Below are positions 10,640 through 20,413 of a DNA stretch of 64,000 nucleotides, one piece after another. Origin of the DNA: Nostoc sp. DedSLP01 (GTDB lineage: Bacteria; Cyanobacteriota; Cyanobacteriia; Cyanobacteriales; Nostocaceae). The notes under the pieces are model-generated. The model saw nothing but the letters and a program-made list of their open reading frames with translations, was not told the origin of the DNA and did no database searches. The translations under genes and the position numbers were made by a program. The stretch spans positions 1 to 64,000 of the forward strand of contig JAVRCJ020000017.1 in NCBI GenBank assembly GCA_034530875.2, read 5' to 3'. Within the stretch, counting starts at the first letter, position 1; every line of letters begins with the position of its first letter.

Positions 10640-11230
10640 TTATCTTTCAGCTTGATTTACTGCATCAAAGATTTGTGATACTTTGAGATTTAGTTGGCTA
10701 AATTGTGGAGATACAACTAAATCATTACCAGCAAAGTTACCTATTTCAGTATAAGTTTTGTCAATAAGTTCTAAGATTAATATAGTTTGAGTTTCGGGGT
10801 CAATAATCCAATATTCAGGAATACCACAATCTTGATACTGCGATCGCTTGGCGATAAAATCTCTATCTCGTTGTAATTCTCCTGGGCTAACTACTTCAAT
10901 CACCAGTAGAGGAGGTAGCATCTCTAAACGAACAGTATTACGTTTTGCTAACTGCTGAATATGCTCTTCCCTAATAATTGTTAGGTCAGGATAACGGTTT
11001 CTGGGTTCTCCTCTAACTTCCAGTTCTAAACCATGTCCTCGCACTCTATCTATCCCTACAATTAACGCAAAAATTAGGAAAAGACGATTGGCAATCTGAA
11101 CATTAATTCCTGATTCTGGAGGCATCTCGATTAACTCTCCATTAAACAACTCATAGAGTTTATCTGAGCCATCATCATAAGATAAGTATTCTTCAAAGCT
11201 TTGAAATCTATGTTTAATTTGTAGCATCAC
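10640..11230 (-). CDS. Uma2-family endonuclease
   Basis: YELFNGELIEMPPES, PDL, VIEVVSPG and GIPEYWIIDP motifs. Confidence 0.92.
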   Translation of the reverse strand: MMLQIKHRFQSFEEYLSYDDGSDKLYELFNGELIEMPPESGINVQIANRLFLIFALIVGIDRVRGHGLELEVRGEPRNRYPDLTIIREEHIQQLAKRNTVRLEMLPPLLVIEVVSPGELQRDRDFIAKRSQYQDCGIPEYWIIDPETQTILILELIDKTYTEIGNFAGNDLVVSPQFSQLNLKVSQIFDAVNQAER

Positions 11231-11310
11231 AGTTGCTCCATGATGAGTCTCAATGCAAGTTTAGCCGATTTTGCACCAGGCAAACGGAACTTGCCAATAG
11301 TCGCTTGCTT

Positions 11311-11919
11311 CTATTTTCCTGGTAATTCTGGACGGTTTGCGCTGTTAAATACCTCATCTACTGTTAGCGTCCAATTAGCAATTACCACTGATTCCATACG
11401 AGTTGCACCCGTAAATACCTTATCCTCATACTGTCCCTCCACCCACTGGCAAATCGTAAATTGTTGCATTTGTGCGTCAACAATCCAATACTCCAATATT
11501 TCCCTAGCGGCATACTCCGTCCGTTTGTAGCGATAATCACGAACGCGGTTAGCCGTTCCTGGAGAAACAATTTCAATTACTAGTACAGGCGGCGGCATAT
11601 CACGGGTGAGGGTAGCACGAGTAGCATTCGCAAGGGCAGCGTAAGATTCTTCAGTGTGAACCATCAAGTCAGGTAAACGACATCTCGCCCGTCGCCCCGC
11701 CACCTCAATTTCTGTATCCTTATGAGCAACTAAATAAAATGGGAAATGTTTTAGGAGTTCAACAAATAAAAATCTTGCCAGATTGCTATTTTCTTGACTT
11801 TCTGGTGGTATCTCGACTAGTTCACCATCCACCAACTCATAGCGCGTGTCCGTACCATCGTCATAAGCAAGATATTCCTCGAAGGTCAGCAGTTTTTGGT
11901 TTTTGGCCGTTTGGATCAT
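11311..11919 (-). CDS. Uma2-family endonuclease
   Basis: [33 protein letters not shown] and EYWIVD motifs. Confidence 0.92.
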   Translation of the reverse strand: MIQTAKNQKLLTFEEYLAYDDGTDTRYELVDGELVEIPPESQENSNLARFLFVELLKHFPFYLVAHKDTEIEVAGRRARCRLPDLMVHTEESYAALANATRATLTRDMPPPVLVIEIVSPGTANRVRDYRYKRTEYAAREILEYWIVDAQMQQFTICQWVEGQYEDKVFTGATRMESVVIANWTLTVDEVFNSANRPELPGK

Positions 11920-12134
11920 TTGCTTTGCCTTCTTACCCTACACCCAAGATTTTACTAAAATCTGGACACCAATTTCGATTGGCGATCGCCTAGCTAAACC
12001 AGCGTTGGCTTAATTGCAGGCTATGCCTAGCTTGCTTAAGCCAGAGGTAGAAGCACCTTTGAGATTTTAGATTGTTCAATCCAAAATCTTAAATGTCAAA
12101 TTATACCAATTTTAAGAATAGACATCTTGCAAAA

Positions 12135-12287
12135 TTAACTGCCAGGAACAGATAAGCTTGGCTTAACGCATAACTGCAATTGATTGATGTGGATAAGAAA
12201 CTTTGTAGATGCGAGTGCTTTGACAACACCAGTCACCAGAAATACAATGCCAACCACCAAAGAACTTATAACAGAAAGTGAATGCAT
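12135..12287 (-). pseudogene. Truncated MauE/DoxX-like membrane protein (50 aa, N-terminal helix only)
   Basis: Manual translation MHSLSVISSLVVGIVFLVTGVVKALASTKFLIHINQLQLCVKPSLSVPGS*. G-x-VFLxxGxxK resembles MauE/DoxX N-termini. Not in the ORF track. Confidence 0.55.
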
Positions 12288-12336
12288 AATGCTGGCGATC
12301 GCTATTTAATCGTAATAGTTAATAGTGTGCAAATCG

Positions 12337-12606
12337 TTAATCATTTACACAAGGATTTCCAAAAGCTGGGTTAAGTAGACCAATTACATTGACACTATTA
12401 ACACAAACGTTAACGGGTACATGAACGGGTACTTGAAGAAGGTTCCCCGAAAGAACTCCAGGACTACCAACAGCAGCACCTTCTGCACTTGAATCTCCGC
12501 CAACTATAGCCAATAAATCAGCATCATCTAGTTCTTCAAATAATTCTCTATCTTCTTGAGTGAGTGCAGGTGCTTGTTTTGTTGCTTGTTTCTTAGTTGA
12601 AAATAT
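12337..12606 (-). CDS. Chaplin (DUF320)-domain peptide with double-glycine leader; start codon ATA or lost
   Basis: Manual translation IFSTKKQATKQAPALTQEDRELFEELDDADLLAIVGG|DSSAEGAAVGSPGVLSGNLLQVPVHVPVNVCVNSVNVIGLLNPAFGNPCVND*. No in-frame ATG; in-frame TAA at 12612-12610. Confidence 0.85.
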   Translation of the reverse strand: MFSTKKQATKQAPALTQEDRELFEELDDADLLAIVGGDSSAEGAAVGSPGVLSGNLLQVPVHVPVNVCVNSVNVIGLLNPAFGNPCVND

Positions 12607-12943
12607 TTTTTAATAGTTTGTCAACAGTTTTTAGCGAATATCTTACTTTTCTTACTTTTCTTACTTAGAGATATGAAAATAACAGTTAAATTCTCAAGAA
12701 AGTAGATATCTCATTTATAAATTATCACATCAAAGAATTCAAAAGTCGGAAATCTAGAGGAGCCATTTGTGTAATCTCTGTACCAGAGACTGCACCAACA
12801 CCAACACTATATTGATTTGCATTCGCAATCAGGTATCATAAGAGATTAACCAGACTCCTAATGAACCATAGTTTATGAGTGTCTTAACAGAGTGATTGCT
12901 AGTTCAAGACTTGCTATCAAAACTAACAGTTGAAAATTATTTT

Positions 12944-13642
12944 ATGCTAAAAATCTCTAACCTCAACGTTTACTACGGGGAAAGCCACATTCTCCGCAAC
13001 GTAGATTTAACAGTACCATCCGGACAAATGGTTTGCCTCATTGGACGCAATGGCGTTGGTAAAACCACCCTCCTCAAAACCATCATGGGTTTACTCAAAC
13101 CCCGTAGCGGTACAATTACCTTAGCCGAACAATTAATCAACTCCAAATCTCCCGACCAAAGAGCAAAATTAGGAATTGGTTATGTCCCCCAAGGACGAGA
13201 AATTATCCCCCGTTTAACAGTTAAAGAAAATTTACTGCTGGGTTTAGAAGCCAGACGCAAACCAGTAAAAAAAGCAGAAATCCCCGAAGAAATTTTTAGC
13301 TTATTTCCAGTCTTAAAAACCATGCTTTCCCGCATGGGTGGAGATTTAAGTGGAGGACAGCAGCAACAATTGGCGATCGCTCGTGCTTTAATGGGAGAAC
13401 CTCAATTGCTCGTCTTAGACGAACCCACCGAAGGCATTCAACCCTCCATCATCCTCGAAATCGAAGCCGCAGTTCGTCGCATCGTTCAAACCACAGGCAT
13501 TTCTGTTTTATTAGTAGAACAACACTTACACTTCGTTCGTCAAGCCGATTACTATTACGCCATGCAAAAAGGCGGTATCGTCGCCTCTGGTTCCACCGAC
13601 GAACTCAGCCAAGATGTAATTCAACGTTTTTTAGCGGTTTAA
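12944..13642 (+). CDS. urtE: Urea ABC transporter ATP-binding protein
   Basis: YYGESHIL, GRNGVGKT, LSGGQQQQ and DEPTEGIQPS motifs; start at ATG 12944. Confidence 0.95.
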   Translation: MLKISNLNVYYGESHILRNVDLTVPSGQMVCLIGRNGVGKTTLLKTIMGLLKPRSGTITLAEQLINSKSPDQRAKLGIGYVPQGREIIPRLTVKENLLLGLEARRKPVKKAEIPEEIFSLFPVLKTMLSRMGGDLSGGQQQQLAIARALMGEPQLLVLDEPTEGIQPSIILEIEAAVRRIVQTTGISVLLVEQHLHFVRQADYYYAMQKGGIVASGSTDELSQDVIQRFLAV

Positions 13643-13764
13643 TAAGAATTCAGGAGTCGTACAAATTCTCTATAAATATGCATCTAATTATTTTGAGACA
13701 TAGGGAATTATCTTGACAAAATCTCTATCAACCTCCGCGCACCTATGCGTTAAAAGAATGAATT

Positions 13765-14493
13765 CTAAATTTTACTTTTCACTCCCAAATTACTCAATTG
13801 TGAATTCTCATTCATCAAATCTGCTGCTTCTGCTAAAAGTTGATGCTGTTCCTGTTGAATAGCTTCTAAACGGCTAGCAATTTCTGTCAATCTTAATTGC
13901 TTATTTTTTGGTAAATCTTCAGGTAATAAAACTGGCAGATTATCAGTTTTCTTGTTAGTACTGATTCGTTGTATAGTAAAATTACCAACTTGAGTTAACG
14001 ATATCAAACTCACTTTAACTAAAGCTTGAAGTAACTTGATTGGAAATTTGAGTATCGACCAACTAGCTGTTTCAATGACGCGAGCGATCGCTTTGATAAT
14101 ACTCCACAATAAAGCAAGCGCAAACAGCAAAATTACAACACTAATAAATGGATGGTTAGCTGCCCAACTTCCTATTTGAATTAAACGCAAAATTACAGGA
14201 TGTTGTATCAACCAATCATTCACAGAAGCGTTAATCGCTGTTTCCACAGCTCCCGATGTTGTATTTTTAAACTGTTCAGCCGTTTGCCAAGTTTGTTCTA
14301 AACTTGTCGTTACGGTATCAATTGCTGTATTAGTCGTCGTTGTTGCTTTTGCTTTTAAAGATTCGCCAACTTGTTGTACAGAGTTCGTTAACAAATTAAC
14401 CCTCTGGTTGGCGATATCTTTCGCTGTTTGCAAGCGTTGCAACACTTCTTCAGGTAAATTTATCTCTATGGGAAGTGCCATAAAAAATTTCAC
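13765..14493 (-). CDS. Hypothetical membrane protein with coiled-coil segments
   Basis: 242-aa ORF with a central hydrophobic segment, directly after the P450 gene; start could be ATG 14481. Confidence 0.7.
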   Translation of the reverse strand: MKFFMALPIEINLPEEVLQRLQTAKDIANQRVNLLTNSVQQVGESLKAKATTTTNTAIDTVTTSLEQTWQTAEQFKNTTSGAVETAINASVNDWLIQHPVILRLIQIGSWAANHPFISVVILLFALALLWSIIKAIARVIETASWSILKFPIKLLQALVKVSLISLTQVGNFTIQRISTNKKTDNLPVLLPEDLPKNKQLRLTEIASRLEAIQQEQHQLLAEAADLMNENSQLSNLGVKSKI

Positions 14494-15800
14494 TGAGGCT
14501 TAAATCGAACCCGCAACCCATCTTTCGGACGATTAGGAATACCCATTGTCTCCAAATTTTGATTGGGTAAGATTTCCCAATCATAACTGCGTAGAAGATG
14601 GGCAGCAATAATTTTCATTTCCATTTTGGCAAAAGCTATCCCAATACACACGCGCGGCCCGCCCCCAAAACCAACTAAACTAAAGGGATATTGTTTGTGT
14701 TCTTGACGTTGCGGGCTAAATCTATCTGGATCGAAACATTCAGGTTGAGAATAAATTTCTTCGAGACGATGAGTTAAGGCAATGGAATAGTATAATTTCC
14801 AACCAGCAGGAACATAAAAGCCGTTAAATTCAAATTCTCGAACAACACTACGAAATCCCGCACCAACTGGCGGACGTAGCCTTTCAACCTCCCATAAAAC
14901 TCGATCTAAATAAGGCATTTGCCCCAATTGTTCTAAAGTTACAGAATCAACATCGGTAAATTTTAGTTGTTCTTCCCTGGCACGTAGCAGTACCTCAGGA
15001 TGACGGGCTAATTCTAGACACAACCAAGTCAACATTGTGGTTGTAGTGTCATGTCCAGCAAAAAGTAATAGTAGCGCTTGGGCAATGATTTCTTGTTCGC
15101 TAAAACTGTCACCATCTTCATCTCTCGCTTGCACTAACAAACTCAGAACATCTTTAGTTGGATTTTGCTGGCGTTCTCTGACGACCTTAGTTACATGCTC
15201 TAAAATTTGATTGCGAGCTGCTACGGCTTTACCAAATTTAGTAAACGGTAAAGGCAAGGGATTAATAGCAAACAGCCCATTTGACAGAGTTGTAAACAAT
15301 TGGCTCAAGCGCGCACCTTCAAGACCAGGAACTGTCCCTAATAGTAACTGACTAGCAATATCAAATGTCAGCTGTTTAAATTCTCCAAACCAAGTAAACT
15401 CCTGTTGTTTTTTCCACTTTTGTAGATAGCTACGCGTGATATATTCCATTGTGGAGACGTAATTTGCTAATGCTGGCCCGTGTAGGGCAGGCATCATCAA
15501 ACGGCGATTTCTGCGATGTTCTTCCCCATCTTGCAAAAAAAGCGATTCGCCAAGCAATATTTTGAAATTAGCTGGCCATCCCTCCCGCCAAGAAAAATCC
15601 TGCATATTGCTGGACAAGACGAACTCTAACGCCTCAGGCCCCACCATTACCACAGTTGGTCTGCCAAGAATATGAGTTTTAAAGATAGGCCCGTACTGGC
15701 GATAGCGTTTTTTAGAAAAGTCGCGGTCAAAAAAAAACGAAAGTGTCTCACCTAATATAGGCAAACCAAAACTGCCAGGAGGAATTTTATTATTTGCCAT
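14490..15800 (-). CDS. Cytochrome P450 (CYP120-like)
   Basis: PPGSFGLP, AGHDTT I-helix, EVERL (ExxR), FDPDRF and FGGGPRVCIG heme-Cys motifs. Confidence 0.93.
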   Translation of the reverse strand: MANNKIPPGSFGLPILGETLSFFFDRDFSKKRYRQYGPIFKTHILGRPTVVMVGPEALEFVLSSNMQDFSWREGWPANFKILLGESLFLQDGEEHRRNRRLMMPALHGPALANYVSTMEYITRSYLQKWKKQQEFTWFGEFKQLTFDIASQLLLGTVPGLEGARLSQLFTTLSNGLFAINPLPLPFTKFGKAVAARNQILEHVTKVVRERQQNPTKDVLSLLVQARDEDGDSFSEQEIIAQALLLLFAGHDTTTTMLTWLCLELARHPEVLLRAREEQLKFTDVDSVTLEQLGQMPYLDRVLWEVERLRPPVGAGFRSVVREFEFNGFYVPAGWKLYYSIALTHRLEEIYSQPECFDPDRFSPQRQEHKQYPFSLVGFGGGPRVCIGIAFAKMEMKIIAAHLLRSYDWEILPNQNLETMGIPNRPKDGLRVRFKPQ

Positions 15801-16485
15801 CTAAACTACCTGGTTAAAAAATTTATCGAGAGAATAATGTCAATTCAAGCAAATTTAACAAAATATCGCTCTGTTGTCATCTCAGGAGCTTATTTGCAAG
15901 ATAGTAGATGCCATGTACATAAAGCAGAATTCAGAATCAGCTAATCCCCGTCCTACTAAAAAAATTAGAATCAGCTCTTGAATCTAGGTTTGAGGATTAG
16001 ATAACGTATTTCACTTTCCTTGAAATCTGCTGTCAGACTTCTATTGCATTTTTGAAAAAACAACCTACTCCTCGCAGAAGCTGATTCTCTATTCCCATAC
16101 AGACAAAAGCGTATCGTGTCTGTAACTATTTTCCACTTATGCAAATAAGTCAAAAATGAAAGCGATAATATTTCTCTCGATAAATATATTAAAAATGTAT
16201 AAGTTCCGAGACTTATAGATTTTTGAGCCACTTCAACATGTTAATGTAAAGCACATCTGCTTTGAAAAACTAATCAAAGCAATTAAAGTTTCCAGGATTT
16301 ATCCCAACTCGGAAAACTTGATTCTGTTCTTGGTATTGATAGAGTTATTGAGCTAATTTGATTTAGACATTATCACCCTTTAGCAGTGCAATAGAGTTTT
16401 TTAAAAATTATCGCCAAAGCTTGAAAGTCTATAGCTTTACTTGTGATTTATACTGCAAACTTTTATTTGTGTGGAGAGCTAATTA

Positions 16486-17427
16486 ATGAAAACTTTTTCT
16501 AGCTTGAATAAGGATGTAGACGAGTTATTGTCTTTATCAAGAGCAAGACAAAGAGAAATAGATAAATTTATTTATTTTCAGCTTTTGTCTAAAATATTTA
16601 AAGGTAATATTCGTAAAACAAGACATTTTTCAGAGTGGTATAGAATTCCGATGAATTATGTGAGGCTCATGGAGTTACCTTTAACCATTGAGCTTTTAGA
16701 TTTAGATACCGAGCAGGCCATACTAGATATTTCCAGCCCTAAGCTCCTACCTTTGTATTTAGCTGTAAGCGGATTTAAAAATATAATTATTTCTGACTTA
16801 CTAGACTATTTTGTTGAAGATTTTCAAGCTTTTTCCGAAGTCTTCAATATCTCGCCAAAAATCGATGTTTTTGATGCTAAAAACATTCCTTATAATGACA
16901 AAACATTTGATAGAGTTTTTTCAGTCTCAGTATTTGAACATATACCAGATTTTGGGGATATAGATGCTGTACGAGAAGTAGCGAGAGTTATTAAACCTCA
17001 AGGTATATTTGTACTCACACTCCCAGCTCACAAGAGTTACCTAGAAGAATGGCTGAAAAAACATAACTTTTATTGGACAGGAAAAACAAGAGATGATGGT
17101 ACTATATTCTATCAGCGTCGCTATGACGAACCATCAATCCAAAAGCGTTTTGGAAATCTAGGATTTGAAATAGAAGATACGATATTTATTGCAGAATATC
17201 CCATTAAACCACCTGTACTAAATGAAAATGGAATGTTACTGCATAATGACTTTTATATCAAAAAATTATGGCAATTGAAAGTAGCTAATAAGTTTCCTAA
17301 CGCTCCGCTTTTACCTTATTTATTATATTCTTCGTTATCAAAAAAATATCATTATCTGACAAGAAATTCTGAAGATAATAATATCCGCCAAGTAGCAATT
17401 AAACTACGACGATTACCAGGTAATTAA
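16486..17427 (+). CDS. Class I SAM-dependent methyltransferase (polysaccharide-locus type)
   Basis: ILDISSP, FDRVFSVSVFEHI and REVARVIKPQG motifs. Confidence 0.85.
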   Translation: MKTFSSLNKDVDELLSLSRARQREIDKFIYFQLLSKIFKGNIRKTRHFSEWYRIPMNYVRLMELPLTIELLDLDTEQAILDISSPKLLPLYLAVSGFKNIIISDLLDYFVEDFQAFSEVFNISPKIDVFDAKNIPYNDKTFDRVFSVSVFEHIPDFGDIDAVREVARVIKPQGIFVLTLPAHKSYLEEWLKKHNFYWTGKTRDDGTIFYQRRYDEPSIQKRFGNLGFEIEDTIFIAEYPIKPPVLNENGMLLHNDFYIKKLWQLKVANKFPNAPLLPYLLYSSLSKKYHYLTRNSEDNNIRQVAIKLRRLPGN

Positions 17428-17502
17428 AACTGAGATTAGCTAGTCGATAAATTTTTGGTATTGCTAAATCAACAGATGATTTAGCAACGCCAGAATTTGT
17501 GA

Positions 17503-18993
17503 TTACCTTTTACTCTGTCCCAATCTTTTAGATATTAATGGGTTAATAATATCAAGTATCTGCTGTACTATCTTTGGTGCCAGCAATATAATAATAACTG
17601 TATAAGTTATACCGCCGAACAATATACAAATGCCTAATAATGTTTGTATATTTATGAGGTCTTTCAAGAATTCTTTAATTGCAAAAATCACAATTGTCAT
17701 ACCCAACACTCCACCTAATGGAATTAGGTATTGACGCAGATAAGTGATTAACTTAATACCAATTAATTTACGAATAAACCACAAATCTACAGGTGTCAAA
17801 AGGTAGCTACGAATCACATAAACTGCTGCAACAGCTACAATTCCCCAGTGTACCGCAATTGCAAAACCAACAACGTTTGCTACAGAATGCATCAGGTTTA
17901 ACTTCAGTTTCCACTCTGGTTTACCCATTGCTGTGATTACAGTGCTGTTGAAATAGGTAACTGAATGAACAATACCAATAAAAGCTAGCACTTGCATTAC
18001 TGGAATACTTGGTAACCACTGGTCTCCGAACAGAACTCTTACTAATTCGGGTGCTAATGCTGCCATACCTAAAAATGCTGGAAAAGAAATCAGACTTGTA
18101 AGTTGCGTCACCTTATAAAAAGCATTTTTCAACTTCTCTGGTTCTTGCTGCAATCTAGAAAATGCAGGCATCGCTACTTGATTTGTCACGCCAGTTAATA
18201 GCTGTGTCATTATAATCAGTAAGCGGTAAGCAACGGAGTAATAGCCTAAAGCAACTGGGCCGAGAAAATAACTAATTAGTAAGTCATCAGATCTGCGATT
18301 AATAAAGTTGAGTATTTGGGTTCCTACTACATTAATACCAAAGGAAAATAAGTCTTTAAAATGCTTTTGAGAAAACTTGAATCTTGGTCGCCAATCGCTA
18401 GCAGACCAGAGAACTAAAACTTTAACCAAACCATTTACTAATTGCTGACTAACCAGACTCCAAACGCCGAAGCCCATGAAAGCCATTGTCACGCCGACCG
18501 CACCGCTTATACACACCGCCACCAGTTCGCGTACCGCTAAGGGTTTGAAATCAAGGTTGCGTTGAAAAATTGCCTCTTGTGTACTACTCAGAGAAATAAT
18601 TACAAAGCTAAGAGATAACCAGCGAATCACCGGTACTAATTGCGGTTGAGAAAAGAAGTCCGCAACTAATTCAGCAGCTGCAATACCGAAAATTGTCATC
18701 AGCAACCCGATACCAAGGTTAGTCCAAAAGGCAGTATCGAGATGTTCTGTTTCTAGTTCTTTACGTTGGACGATCGCTACAGAAAATCCCTGATCGAGAA
18801 AAATCCCTACAAATGTCAAGAAGATAGTAGCCGATGCCACTAAACCGAAAGTCTCAGGCCCCAGCAACCGTGCCAGCAGTGCAAAAACAATAAACGCGAT
18901 CGCTTGGCGCCCCCAATTCTGAATTGCAGACCAAAATACGCCTTTTAACGCCTTTTGTCGAATATTTGATGATTCTTGTTTAGGTGGTTCCAT
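17503..18993 (-). CDS. wzx: Wzx-type polysaccharide flippase (MOP superfamily)
   Basis: LARLLGPETFG, many TM segments, LGPVALGYYSVAYRL. Confidence 0.9.
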   Translation of the reverse strand: MEPPKQESSNIRQKALKGVFWSAIQNWGRQAIAFIVFALLARLLGPETFGLVASATIFLTFVGIFLDQGFSVAIVQRKELETEHLDTAFWTNLGIGLLMTIFGIAAAELVADFFSQPQLVPVIRWLSLSFVIISLSSTQEAIFQRNLDFKPLAVRELVAVCISGAVGVTMAFMGFGVWSLVSQQLVNGLVKVLVLWSASDWRPRFKFSQKHFKDLFSFGINVVGTQILNFINRRSDDLLISYFLGPVALGYYSVAYRLLIIMTQLLTGVTNQVAMPAFSRLQQEPEKLKNAFYKVTQLTSLISFPAFLGMAALAPELVRVLFGDQWLPSIPVMQVLAFIGIVHSVTYFNSTVITAMGKPEWKLKLNLMHSVANVVGFAIAVHWGIVAVAAVYVIRSYLLTPVDLWFIRKLIGIKLITYLRQYLIPLGGVLGMTIVIFAIKEFLKDLINIQTLLGICILFGGITYTVIIILLAPKIVQQILDIINPLISKRLGQSKR

Positions 18994-19744
18994 TAGGTAA
19001 GTCTCAATTAAAAAAATTAATTCCTTCTGCTTGTACGGTTATAGCCACAAGTATGGTTGTGATTTTCTCGCTCGAAAAACTGTTACTTCAATAAACTAAA
19101 TGTTTTGAAGAAAGACAGGGGAAAGGAGGAAGGGATTGAATTACAGATATTTATTTTATTCATAGCGGTGGCGCACAGCCTGTCAGCCGCTTTCAAGAAA
19201 CATGGACAGTAGCGATCGCCACCCGTCAGACGCTTTTAACAAACACTTATTGGGCAAATGGAATAAAAAAATGCCCAAATTTTGTTTTGGCCTTGGGTAC
19301 GAAAGCGCCAGAAATATAGTCGATAGGCAATAATATTCTCGATCCGAACTGGGCATTTTTTTTGACAAGTGCCTTAAAAGACATCGTTCCTAACAATACC
19401 CTATTATGATTATGGATTTAATCAGCTAAAATTTACTGACGAGAATTATAAACTACCAATTTGGCAGGTTATCAATCTCTCATCAATCAAGTCTAAAGTT
19501 AAATATATTACATAAAGTGCTTTTTCACTCAATACACTAATTGTATTTAAGTATATTTCTTATACTGTAGCTATCCTAACGCATAAAGACTTACGAACTA
19601 AACTCTAAAACTCACAGAACTGCAAAAAATAAATTATCGAATTTTTGTAATCCAAACTACTTTTTTCTCCGTGTTACCTGCCCCATACCTTCAAAGCAAT
19701 GGGATATTTTTTAATTTGGCAGTCCCTTAGATGCCGCCAATTCA

Positions 19745-19856
19745 TAGCGTTTCAGCTTCAGATTGATAGAGATGGCACGCAGGGGGAGTAGGGGAGGTTG
19801 TTGAGGCAGGGAAAGTAAAAAAAGTAATTTGTATCAAGAAACCAGTGAAATACTAT
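19745..19856. mobile_element. MITE-like element with degenerate terminal inverted repeats
   Basis: ATAGCGTTTCA...TTGATAGA and TTGTATCAAG...TGAAATACTAT form imperfect inverted ends around a purine-rich core. Confidence 0.4.
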
Positions 19857-19968
19857 CACCCTTAAAAAGGAGAAAATTTACCAACTCTTTAAATTGTAGG
19901 GGCTGACAGATCTGAGTTCGTAAGTTTTGCAAACAGTGAGAACGGCTATATTCCACCCGATCGTTTTT

Positions 19969-20387
19969 GGTTCTTCGGCTAATTTTATGGAGAATTAATA
20001 GTAAAGTGCCAGTTTAATAAACTGCATAAGCGAAAATTTCTAAAGTTACGAAAGCCATAGCCAAGCCTTTTAATTAACTTCAGTTTATTATTAATTCCTT
20101 CTACAGTACCACCCGTAGTTCTGCCGTCAAAATAACCAAATATTTTATCAAAACATCTAAATAATTTCACAGGAGCGACATTTACCGATTTAGAATTTGA
20201 AAATACTAATAATTTCACCGAATAGTTTAAACCTGACTTTTACGGATATTTCAAAGCTCAAATCATGGCAAACTATCCATGAAATTTTGTTAATAGTTTC
20301 TTCTTTTTTCCTTAACTGTCTTATCTGTCTTATCTGTCCTTGCATAATTGCTTTAATGCTGAGAACATATCCACATTGGTACGCCAA
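19969..20387 (-). mobile_element. ISL3-family remnant (3' end of transposase plus terminal repeat)
   Basis: Fragment GTVEGINNKLKLIKRLGYGFRNF is an ISL3 C-terminal signature; end GGTTCTTCGG at 19969; the upstream part is frameshifted. Confidence 0.85.
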
Positions 20388-20413
20388 CTCATAAATTTAC
20401 AAAAAAAGTAACC

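Noticed and set aside
12769..12785. Possible NtcA site upstream of urtE or the chaplin
   Set aside because: Spacing is GTA-N7-TAC, not N8.
15971..16231. 86-aa ORF between P450 and the methyltransferase
   Set aside because: No motif, weak start, AT-rich intergenic DNA.
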